Shown: in pieces, positions 26,302 through 36,347 of the stretch
Numbering within the stretch: the stretch's first letter is position 1
Layout: every line of letters starts with the position of its first letter
Source: an uncultured Verrucomicrobiae bacterium
Lineage (GTDB): Bacteria > Chlamydiota > Chlamydiia > Chlamydiales > JAFEGQ01
Reading direction: 5' to 3'
DNA: 64,000 nt
Assembly (NCBI GenBank): GCA_963739345.1
Contig: CAVUAA010000001.1
Coordinates: 859,749-923,748 of the forward strand
The notes under the pieces: generated by a model
The model's database searches: none
What the model saw: the letters and a program-made list of their open reading frames with translations, nothing else
Told to the model about the DNA's origin: nothing
Translations under genes and position numbers: made by a program

Positions 26302-28608
26302 TTATTGAGATTCGTTCAACAGGCGGGTGAGCTCTTCAAACACCCACGGTAAAAAAGCGAGCTGGAACTCGCGTGACGGCTCGCCGAGCGCCTTAGCTCG
26401 CTCAGCTTCGAGCTCTTTCACTTTCGCTTGATACCTCTTGGTGAGCTCTGTGATCGGCGCCATCATCTGCCGATCCTGTTTCAGTCGAAAGCCGAGCTGC
26501 TCTCTCTTCAGCGCCTCGAGCTGCTCACGCCTCTCGAGCAGACGCTTTCTCGTCTGAGAGGCACGAGCCAATAGCTCTTCACGAGCCTCCTCAAAGCGGG
26601 GGTCCCACTCTAGGAAGTTAACGGAGGCTGCTTGTAATTGCCTCGGACCTCCAACCTCTTTCGATGCTTCAAAGACACGCTGCCATGAGTGCTCAATACA
26701 GAGCTGACCCATCACCTCAGCCCGTTCGATATGGAGCTTCTTAAACCTCTCTTGGTATGCAGCTCGAAGGTAGTTCCGTTTTATCTCCCAATAGAGCTCC
26801 GCTTTGCACAACTCGCTGTAGCCAGGCGCTTCGCCCGCAATGATCTGTTCACTGACCGTCTTCAGCGCGTCAACCACATGCGCAAGCCCCTGGTTTTTGC
26901 CCCCTTTATGCAAGAGCTCGACCGCCTCGACCACCTTCTCGGCAAAAAAAGCTTCATCTTCACAAGCGGCCGCCTCAACCAGCTCGGAGAGATTGTTCCA
27001 CCCCAGATCGAAGATGGGGTGATCGCTGTGGTCGTAGATGGTGTTTAGGACGATGGTTAGAAAGTCCTTGGCAAGGCTATACAGCTCATCAGCTGTCTCT
27101 TTGACGGCATCGAGAGGGGGCGCATCGAACTCCTGCAGATCCTCCGCCCATTCTTCGATTTGCCTATCTATCGCCGGACCAATGACGAACCGGAAGACAA
27201 GCGGCTGGATGATGGCGCGTGCCGCCGGAATGAGCGCATAGAAGGTGGTCTTCTTGTTACGTAGTGACAGGACTCCATTGAGGAGGGTCTTGAGCGCTCC
27301 TAGTATGGTCTCCTGAAAGCCCCCCTCTTCTACGGCACTCCGGCCCTCCACCGGAACAACCTTTTGCTCGAGCGCAGAGGTATAGCTGCCAAGCGCCTTA
27401 GCAACACATGCCAGCTGCTTCGCCAGCTCCACCGGCTTTTCGGGTAGGTCCTCCAATGCTTTGATCGCGTCGCACACCACTTTGGTATCAATGCTGTTGA
27501 GCTCATTAACTTGGCTGAGCAGCGTCTCAACAGATTCCACCTTCTGTGCCTTCGCAATTTCCTGGCAACTGCAGATCAGCTCTGTCAAAGGTTTAAAAGC
27601 GGGGTAGTTCTTCTCCCATTTTCCTGCTTTTGCTCTCAGATAGGTGAAAGTACGCTCGACTTTGCCCATGAGCGAATCCACGCGAACTTTAACCAGGTCC
27701 CCGTGCCACGTACGTGTCATGGTGAGAAGCCGGGGTTCGTTTGCTTTGCCACCTTCCAAGAGGCCAAATAGCTCTGCAACCAACTCCAGCGAGGCAGTAG
27801 CCTCATTCCTGTTCCCAAAATGTGGACGGAGGGTTGTACGAGTCGAAACCTGTTCCTCCAACGAGTCACAGTTTTTGCGCAGATAACTGAGAATCGGTTC
27901 TGCAGCGTTGCGCACGCGATCGATCGCTGTGTTGAATCTCCCGGGGTCGTTGCCCCAGTAGCCACAAAGATGGCTCATCAGAGCGGAGACGAGACTCTTT
28001 AGTCGAACCATATGTTCGTCGACCGCGTTCCCGCGACGAATTAATTCAAAAAGAGCATCCCCACCCACGCCGCGGCTCAGTACCTCACCAAACCTTTTCT
28101 TCCGGTTAAGGTAGAGTCCCTTATGGAACTCTGTACACGCTCTCTTCCAACTCTGTGACACCTTACCCATTTTGTACCGGTGGACAGGAATCATGAAGCG
28201 CAATAGGTAGCGCTTCAGATCCTGTGGCGGATCGAACACATAATCGTCTGAAGTTGGAACCAGTTTCTTTTCGTCGTTCTGTAAAACATTGTCTTCCGAC
28301 ACGTCAGTGAACTCAGAGACGTCGAGTAACGTAGAACCAGCAGTGCGATCAACCCAAATGAGCTCAGTAACGTGAAGTAACGTAGAACCAGCAGTGCAAT
28401 CAAACCAAACTATGCCCTCTTCAGGCTTGTCGGCTTCTAACTCGACTTGTGGCTGCGAGCGGTGGCGTAGCGTATAGGTAACGCCAACAGCAATGAAGAT
28501 GGGGGTGGCGACGGCGGCGGTGCGGGCAACAAGTGACGCTTCATTCCATCCGCCACGAACAGATGAAAATAATCCTTGAGTCGAAGATAGTATTTCTCTT
28601 ACCGCCAT
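26302..28608 (-). CDS. large hypothetical protein: N-terminal TM helix, 17-aa tandem repeat, F-box-like motif, long helical/coiled-coil C-terminus
   Basis: 768 aa. TM helix AAVATPIFIAVGVTYTL. Tandem repeat WFDCTAGSTLLHVTELI/WVDRTAGSTLLDVSEFT. F-box-like PPQDLKRYLLRFMIPVHRYKMGKVSQSWKRAC. C-terminal stretch rich in E/K/R/L heptads. Confidence 0.6.
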   Translation of the reverse strand: MAVREILSSTQGLFSSVRGGWNEASLVARTAAVATPIFIAVGVTYTLRHRSQPQVELEADKPEEGIVWFDCTAGSTLLHVTELIWVDRTAGSTLLDVSEFTDVSEDNVLQNDEKKLVPTSDDYVFDPPQDLKRYLLRFMIPVHRYKMGKVSQSWKRACTEFHKGLYLNRKKRFGEVLSRGVGGDALFELIRRGNAVDEHMVRLKSLVSALMSHLCGYWGNDPGRFNTAIDRVRNAAEPILSYLRKNCDSLEEQVSTRTTLRPHFGNRNEATASLELVAELFGLLEGGKANEPRLLTMTRTWHGDLVKVRVDSLMGKVERTFTYLRAKAGKWEKNYPAFKPLTELICSCQEIAKAQKVESVETLLSQVNELNSIDTKVVCDAIKALEDLPEKPVELAKQLACVAKALGSYTSALEQKVVPVEGRSAVEEGGFQETILGALKTLLNGVLSLRNKKTTFYALIPAARAIIQPLVFRFVIGPAIDRQIEEWAEDLQEFDAPPLDAVKETADELYSLAKDFLTIVLNTIYDHSDHPIFDLGWNNLSELVEAAACEDEAFFAEKVVEAVELLHKGGKNQGLAHVVDALKTVSEQIIAGEAPGYSELCKAELYWEIKRNYLRAAYQERFKKLHIERAEVMGQLCIEHSWQRVFEASKEVGGPRQLQAASVNFLEWDPRFEEAREELLARASQTRKRLLERREQLEALKREQLGFRLKQDRQMMAPITELTKRYQAKVKELEAERAKALGEPSREFQLAFLPWVFEELTRLLNESQ

Positions 28609-28660
28609 AGGCGATAAATAATAAACTGTTTAGGAGTTTCCAGCAAGTGTTGCGAGGCGC

Positions 28661-28822
28661 AGACCCAGATTGCTACCCTATCACTCCTCTAGGGCGTCTG
28701 GTTTTAAGCAAGTTACGAGCATCGCGACGAACGGCGTGGCCACCAGCCAGGTCTGAGGAGCGAGGCAAAGTAGATTGCCAAAAACAGGCGTCATAGGGGG
28801 GAGAGTGTGGCAATCTGTGTCT
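28661..28822. repeat. ~160-bp TIR-bounded miniature element, copy A
   Basis: It aligns along its whole length with 48152-48317. The termini AGACCCAGATTGCTACCCTATC and GAGAGTGTGGCAATCTGTGTCT are inverted repeats of each other. Confidence 0.8.
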
Positions 28823-31800
28823 GAGTCTATGGCTAAGCTCTCTACAGATGTGGAGGAGGATGGTGGGCCGTTGAAGGACAAGGGTTTGGAAGGCCTGTTT
28901 TTCAAGAGAAAGGAGAGTGCAGTTGGTGGCGGCGGTGGCGGTGGCTGAGCGGGGCGCCTCTTCAAAGAGGGACATCTCGGCAAAATAAGCCCCCTGCTCT
29001 AGTGTAGCAATTTTTTGATTTGCCCGGGTGAGGGCGACCGAGCCCTTCCAGATGATGTAGAAACGATCGCCCGGACTCCCCTCTTTGAAGATGATTTCTC
29101 CTTTGGCGTAGGCTTCTTGATGGAGCTGTTCGTCGATGACGAGCAGCTCTTCGAGGAGAAGATCTGCAAAGTAGGGAACGCCTTTGAGAAAGAGTAGTCT
29201 ATTCACGGGGAACTCCTTGTGGTGAATGGCTGCCCAGACGGCTTGGGCACCCTGCTGCAGAAAGGGATCGATCGACTGTTTCATGGCCTGTTCGAGGTAG
29301 GAAAGAACGAGGGGGTGGTGGGTGTAGAGGGCGGGATCAACGGGGTCATGAAGGGTGGTGATGAGCTCTTTATCAACAACGGCGGCGTAGCGACGGGGGG
29401 CCTCGCGACGGATGAGCTGGGCGAGGTGGCCTCGCACCTCTTTGAGCTGTGGTCGGGTGAGCTGCTGGAGAGCAAGGGCCGACTGGTCGAGCCCCATGCC
29501 GTCGAGGGCAGCGACGAGATAGAGGAGGAGGCGCCGTTGCCGGTTTTGCATGGCTAGGCTGATGGGGGTCCAGATGCCACCCTCTTCGCGCAGGCAAGGG
29601 GGGAGCTTGAGGGAGGAGGCGAAGTCGTCGAGGCGAGGCTTGAACCAGCGGTCGAGCAGGTCGCGGCCGGGCTTTCCGGAAGCGGCGAGCGCCCAGATGG
29701 CTGACTCTACGACCCACGGATGAAGTGAAGAGAGGTGGCTGGCGGCCGCTTCGATGCCGGGAAGGTCGAGCTGAGAGAGGCCGCGGGCGGCAGCTTTGCG
29801 GACGAGGTCGGAGGGGTCTTCGATCAGGCGGGCGACATGTTCGACTCGGTTGTCGGCACCTGAGGCGACGAGAAGGTCGACGGCGGCGGCGCGGATGCGG
29901 GGCTCTTCGTGGAGACTCGCTCTGAGGGCCACTTCGTAGACATCGGCGTGCCCCTCCACCACTCCCTGGAGAGCGAGGCCGAGGGTGTGGATGGCCGCCT
30001 CGCGAACGCGGGGAGAGGGAAAGCGGGTGAGCTGCTTGAGGACGCGTAGGGTTTCGAGAGGCGCGCCACGCCGGATGATCTCGAGAAACTCGAGTAGGCC
30101 GTTTTCGTCGATATCGGAAAGATTGAGCCCCTCCCACGCGGCGGCGGCCAGCTTCCCCATCCCGAGCCGCCAGGCGGCGGCACAGGCGAGGAGCTGCACC
30201 CAGGTATCGTCGTCGCGGAGCCGTGAGGTGACAGGGACGATCCCCACCGGAATCTTGTGCAGGGCCACTGCGGCAAGCGCCCGCGCCCGCACCTGAACCA
30301 CGTCGGAGGTGAGAAGTTGCGCTAGCTGCTCTGGAGGGACATGTTTGAGATATTCAAGTGCAGCAGAGCGGCAAGCTGGGGTGGTGGCGCGAGGAAGAGC
30401 CTCTTGCGCCAGCTTCACATACCGCTGTGGATGCTGATTGCGGGCGGCGAGGAAGAAGCCAATTCGGATCGACTCGGGATCCTCTTCGGCAAGGAGCTGC
30501 TCAATCTCTGCAGGCTGTGCTGGAACAGCGTCGGAGCTCTCGTCGAGCGCCTCTAACCCAAGCCCCTTCCCACGAAATGCGGACTTCCAGCGGCGCCGGA
30601 GAAGAAGCGCTGTCCACAGGGAAAGGGCGACCACAACTGCCGCTGCTACAGCGGTCCAAGCGATCGCTTCTCGCCCGTCAAGTGGAGTGGGGTAGAAGAG
30701 CAAAATCAAACCGGCCACAAACGCTCCAACCGCCGTGCAGACAATGAAGATGAGCGTCCGGACGGCGCCGATCACACTTTTCGGGAGGAGCACCAACACC
30801 TGACGGACATAGGTGAGCTGCAGTCCCGGCATGAGGGAGAACCAGGAGAGGCTGACTAGCAGCGCCACCGTCCAGGAGGCGGGAACGAACACCCATAGAA
30901 TTAAGAGAGTGAGACGGACCACCGCGTAGATCATCGCCGTGGCCCCCACCCCAATGCGCTGCGAAATCCGCTCGGTGGAGAGGGTGAAAAGCGAGACGAT
31001 CACGGCGTTTGCCGCCACCACAGCAACAATCAGCAGACCGAGTGAAACAGGCGCCCCCCCAACCCGCTCGCCAAAGAAGGCGAACGTATTGGCCTGAATC
31101 GCGTAGCGGACGATCCGCCCAACAATCGAGATCACCGCAAGCGCGCCTACAACAGGATAAGTGGCCAAAATTCCCCGCCACCGGCTCGCTGGCAGATCGA
31201 ATGTTCCCACCACACCGGTTGAGCGACGGGGGAGCTTGGCCACCGCCATCGCCGTCAAGACGACGGTGCCGAGCGAAAGAATCGCCCACAGCCAAACCGC
31301 ACTCTCGTAGCGACCGGTGGAGACCCACGGAAGAAGGAGAAGTGCGCCGACGATTCCACCCGCCGCCTGAATGGGCAAAAAGAAGCCCGACAGACGTCCC
31401 CACTCAAACTCGTCGAACACGAGGAGGGCCACGGTCCTGAGTCGCCGGACCAACAGAGCGAACGAGATCTCGGCGATGACGAAAGCGAAAAATGAGCCGC
31501 CGACCGGACTTGAACCAAGGAGCAAACGGACTACCACCACCGCGCACACTGTTGCTAGCGCAATCCCGAAGTAGATCCAGCCGTGAAAAACCCACCGTGA
31601 AAGAAGCTCGGCCACTCCCATTGCAACCAGTAATGAAAGGCCCATCGCAAAGAAGGCGTGGGGCAAAAGATGGGGACCGGCATTGGCTAAAAAGAGCGTG
31701 TAGCTGAGCGCCATCCCAAAGAAGGCGGCAAGCAACACCACCACGTGCAGCGCCAGCAGGAGCGGCACAAACCGTCCAAGGCCGGCGCGCAGGCGCCACC

Positions 31801-31840
31801 GTCTCTCAATAGCTAGGGTGAGATTGTTGCTCATTATCAC
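28673..31840 (-). CDS. multidomain membrane protein: polytopic transporter-like N-terminus (MFS/TLC-like) + HEAT repeats + cyclic-nucleotide-binding domain
   Basis: About 12 hydrophobic helices in the first ~430 aa. HEAT-like repeats: PSPRVREAAIHTLG, EEPRIRAAAVDLLV, DPSDLVRKAAARGLSQL. cNMP-binding domain: FLKGVPYFADL...GEIIFKEGSPGDRFYIIWKGSV...YFAEMSLFEEAPRSATATA. The last ~49 codons are read from repeat copy A. Confidence 0.75.
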   Translation of the reverse strand: MIMSNNLTLAIERRWRLRAGLGRFVPLLLALHVVVLLAAFFGMALSYTLFLANAGPHLLPHAFFAMGLSLLVAMGVAELLSRWVFHGWIYFGIALATVCAVVVVRLLLGSSPVGGSFFAFVIAEISFALLVRRLRTVALLVFDEFEWGRLSGFFLPIQAAGGIVGALLLLPWVSTGRYESAVWLWAILSLGTVVLTAMAVAKLPRRSTGVVGTFDLPASRWRGILATYPVVGALAVISIVGRIVRYAIQANTFAFFGERVGGAPVSLGLLIVAVVAANAVIVSLFTLSTERISQRIGVGATAMIYAVVRLTLLILWVFVPASWTVALLVSLSWFSLMPGLQLTYVRQVLVLLPKSVIGAVRTLIFIVCTAVGAFVAGLILLFYPTPLDGREAIAWTAVAAAVVVALSLWTALLLRRRWKSAFRGKGLGLEALDESSDAVPAQPAEIEQLLAEEDPESIRIGFFLAARNQHPQRYVKLAQEALPRATTPACRSAALEYLKHVPPEQLAQLLTSDVVQVRARALAAVALHKIPVGIVPVTSRLRDDDTWVQLLACAAAWRLGMGKLAAAAWEGLNLSDIDENGLLEFLEIIRRGAPLETLRVLKQLTRFPSPRVREAAIHTLGLALQGVVEGHADVYEVALRASLHEEPRIRAAAVDLLVASGADNRVEHVARLIEDPSDLVRKAAARGLSQLDLPGIEAAASHLSSLHPWVVESAIWALAASGKPGRDLLDRWFKPRLDDFASSLKLPPCLREEGGIWTPISLAMQNRQRRLLLYLVAALDGMGLDQSALALQQLTRPQLKEVRGHLAQLIRREAPRRYAAVVDKELITTLHDPVDPALYTHHPLVLSYLEQAMKQSIDPFLQQGAQAVWAAIHHKEFPVNRLLFLKGVPYFADLLLEELLVIDEQLHQEAYAKGEIIFKEGSPGDRFYIIWKGSVALTRANQKIATLEQGAYFAEMSLFEEAPRSATATAATNCTLLSLEKQAFQTLVLQRPTILLHICRELSHRLRHRLPHSPPYDACFWQSTLPRSSDLAGGHAVRRDARNLLKTRRPRGVIG

Positions 31841-31883
31841 TCACCGGAGTAGCATTTTCAAAAGACTTAAAGCAAGGACTCAC

Positions 31884-34042
<2,159 letters not shown>

Positions 34043-34163
34043 TTTGGGGTCAGGCCTGACATCATGACATCTCTCAACTTTTGCTTTGTCAGTCCGGGTT
34101 AATACGGCCAACTGTGACAACATATTTGTTTAGAGATGTCATGATGTCAGGCCTGACCCCAAA
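34043..34163. repeat. palindromic element: perfect 32-nt inverted arms around a 57-nt loop, GTCAGGCCTGAC cores
   Basis: TTTGGGGTCAGGCCTGACATCATGACATCTCT (34043-34074) is the exact reverse complement of 34132-34163. It starts 1 nt after the groEL stop. Confidence 0.9.
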
Positions 34164-34169
34164 TTAGAA

Positions 34170-34355
34170 TCAGTGGATATCGCGCTGCACGGGACGGATG
34201 ACCGTCCGTATCTCCTCAATCTCCACCCCCATCTGCTCTTCAGGAGCCTCAACAATCTCCTGATGAACCTCCTGCTCCTCCTGCTCCGACTCCTGACGCG
34301 CCTCGCGCAACACCTTCCTCTGCGTCTTGTCGTTGTGATGCACTGGATCTTTCAT
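34170..34355 (-). CDS. possible small acidic protein (61 aa)
   Basis: The ORF has an upstream GGGGGTGG SD-like sequence and a highly acidic, low-complexity composition. No family was recognised and it could be spurious. Confidence 0.25.
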   Translation of the reverse strand: MKDPVHHNDKTQRKVLREARQESEQEEQEVHQEIVEAPEEQMGVEIEEIRTVIRPVQRDIH

Positions 34356-34479
34356 TACTAACCACCCCCGTTTTCCCCATTATACAAACTATTTAATTAT
34401 TGTTTGTAGCAGTATTAGGTAACGCGCTAATCATCAATATGTTAGCTCAAATCAGGCCGCTGTGTTAGAATGTGCGGCT

Positions 34480-35391
34480 ATGAACAAGAAAGACCTCCTC
34501 CCAAGAGCTCCCGGTACCATCCGAATCGCCCAAATCTCCGATATGCACTGCTACCGCGTGACGCTCAATCCCTTACAATTCTTGAGCAAGCGGTGGGTGG
34601 GAAACATCAACGTCCTCTTCAACAGGCGGCTCAAATACCACAAAGACCCCAACCCCGCCATGATCCAGCTCTTTGAGGACTTAGGGGTCGACCACGTTAT
34701 CCTCTCCGGCGACCTCACCACCACCGCCCTCCCTGCCGAGTTCCAGGTGGCCCGCGACTTTGCCGACCAGATCGAGGCGCGCGGCATCCAGATGCACGCC
34801 ATCCCCGGCAACCACGACAATTACACCAGACACTCCCTCCGCACCAAGATCTTCTACAAATATTTTGAAAAGGAGACCCACAGCAACGGCTTCTCCATGC
34901 GTGACGAAGGCGTCGCTCTCAGACCTCTTGCACCTGGATGGTGGTACATAGGTCTCGACACCACCCTCCCCACCCCCCCCCTCTCCGCCATCGGCCGTTT
35001 CACCCCCGCCATCGAAGCCAAGCTCGAGGAGGCGCTCCGCCAGGTCCCTCCCGGCGACCAAGTGCTCCTCACCAATCACTTCCCCATGTTCAACACCATC
35101 CACCACTCCCACGACCTGCGCCGCTGCGACGCCCTTCGCGCCCTCCTCGTCCGCTGGCCTAACGTCAAGCTCTACCTCCACGGCCACGTCCACCGCCAAT
35201 CCATCACCGACCACCGCACCTCTGGCCTCCCCATCATCCTCAATTCGGGCAGCTGCGGCTTCAAGCGTCGCGCCACCTTCCACCTCATCGACCTCGCTCC
35301 CGACAATATAAAAGTTTATGTTTACTCCCGTGAAAAACGGGGTGACCAGCAGGGTAACTGGACCCTCCGCGAGCGGGCCCAATTTTCTTGA
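34480..35391 (+). CDS. calcineurin-like metallophosphoesterase
   Basis: Motifs in order: IAQISDMH, ILSGDLTT, IPGNHDN, NHFP, LHGHVH. The start is taken at the Met that gives MNKKDLL. Confidence 0.8.
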   Translation: MNKKDLLPRAPGTIRIAQISDMHCYRVTLNPLQFLSKRWVGNINVLFNRRLKYHKDPNPAMIQLFEDLGVDHVILSGDLTTTALPAEFQVARDFADQIEARGIQMHAIPGNHDNYTRHSLRTKIFYKYFEKETHSNGFSMRDEGVALRPLAPGWWYIGLDTTLPTPPLSAIGRFTPAIEAKLEEALRQVPPGDQVLLTNHFPMFNTIHHSHDLRRCDALRALLVRWPNVKLYLHGHVHRQSITDHRTSGLPIILNSGSCGFKRRATFHLIDLAPDNIKVYVYSREKRGDQQGNWTLRERAQFS

Positions 35392-35446
35392 TCTAATCAC
35401 TCCTTCTTCTTTACAGTTGTTTAACAACTTGGCGAGGAGGGGAAAG

Positions 35447-36109
35447 ATGGTAACGACTAAAAAGATCGATCATGAGACCAATTTGGCGCTGGCAGCAGGG
35501 CTGGCAGCAGGAGCAATTGGGGTGGTGTTTGGCACACCGCGTGAAGCGGCGGCTGTAGCAGCAATCTCCTCTCTTGCCGGCGCAACAATCTCCTCTCAGA
35601 TTCCTAGGAATTGGGCGAAATCAGAGAACAGGCGACTCGGAAGCACCGTCATTGCCACTTGTTTGCTGTTTCTAGCCGCACGGGGTGTGGGGCAAAAGAT
35701 GCCGGTGGAAATGGCCGCTGCAGGTCTCGCCGGAGCGTGCGGCGCGGTGACGTTCTATAAGCCAACAGCCAGTACCGAGTTCGAGAGCCTTCCGTTCTTA
35801 GTGGCAATGGGCTACTCGGTGCTCAGCGCCCACCTCTTCCCCACACATAGGCCCACATTTGCCAACGCTCTCCTCGTCGTCAGCGCCACCCATCTTTGCG
35901 CACAAGAATTCACTGAATTCGTAGAGGACGACAAGGCAAAAAACATGATTTGGTGTGGAAAAATCGCTGCCCTTCTTGCTCTCCACGACCTTGGTAGACC
36001 GATCGGTTTTCCTGTCCGATGGCGACAACTATGGTATGCGGGCATCGCCATGGAGGCCATCCCGCCCCTCATAGCCAAATTATTAGAAAATAACGACGTT
36101 CATACGTAA
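35447..36109 (+). CDS. hypothetical polytopic membrane protein
   Basis: An AGGAGG RBS lies 6-8 nt before the ATG at 35447, whereas the track ORF begins at 35318. Several hydrophobic helices are present. No family was recognised. Confidence 0.5.
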   Translation: MVTTKKIDHETNLALAAGLAAGAIGVVFGTPREAAAVAAISSLAGATISSQIPRNWAKSENRRLGSTVIATCLLFLAARGVGQKMPVEMAAAGLAGACGAVTFYKPTASTEFESLPFLVAMGYSVLSAHLFPTHRPTFANALLVVSATHLCAQEFTEFVEDDKAKNMIWCGKIAALLALHDLGRPIGFPVRWRQLWYAGIAMEAIPPLIAKLLENNDVHT

Positions 36110-36243
36110 GTCATTTTATACGTATTCTCTCCCGAGACGACAGTATGAGCATACTTGCGCAGGTCCTTCCCACAAGACTACCGCATGAGCATGCGACGCG
36201 CGGGTCCGCCAGATAGTGCAGTAAGCGACGATCCCAAGGGTTT

Positions 36244-36347
36244 ACCCTGGGTGAGGAGTACACTGTGCTATCTGGTGTGGCCCCCGCAAGCATGCACCCT
36301 GGGTGAGGAGTACACTGTGCTACATGGCGCGGGCCGCGCAAGCAGGC
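36244..36347. repeat. 52-bp direct tandem repeat, 2 copies
   Basis: ACCCTGGGTGAGGAGTACACTGTGCTA occurs at 36244 and again at 36296. The 25-nt remainders (TCTGGTGTGGCCCCCGCAAGCATGC / CATGGCGCGGGCCGCGCAAGCAGGC) are also related. It lies just 3' of the transporter gene stop. Confidence 0.8.

Noticed and set aside
29373-31403. 254-aa, 241-aa and other Arg/Pro-rich ORFs overlapping the 1055-aa gene in alternative frames
   Set aside because: Extreme Arg/Pro/Ser composition with no domain features. The main frame has coherent TM, HEAT and cNMP domains.
34681-35427. 248-aa minus-strand ORF antisense to the metallophosphoesterase
   Set aside because: Gly/Val/Glu-rich antisense frame. The plus strand has the complete set of phosphoesterase motifs.
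36244-36347. The direct repeats as a CRISPR array
   Set aside because: There are only two repeat copies, the 'spacers' are themselves homologous to each other (a tandem duplication), and there are no cas genes in the window.
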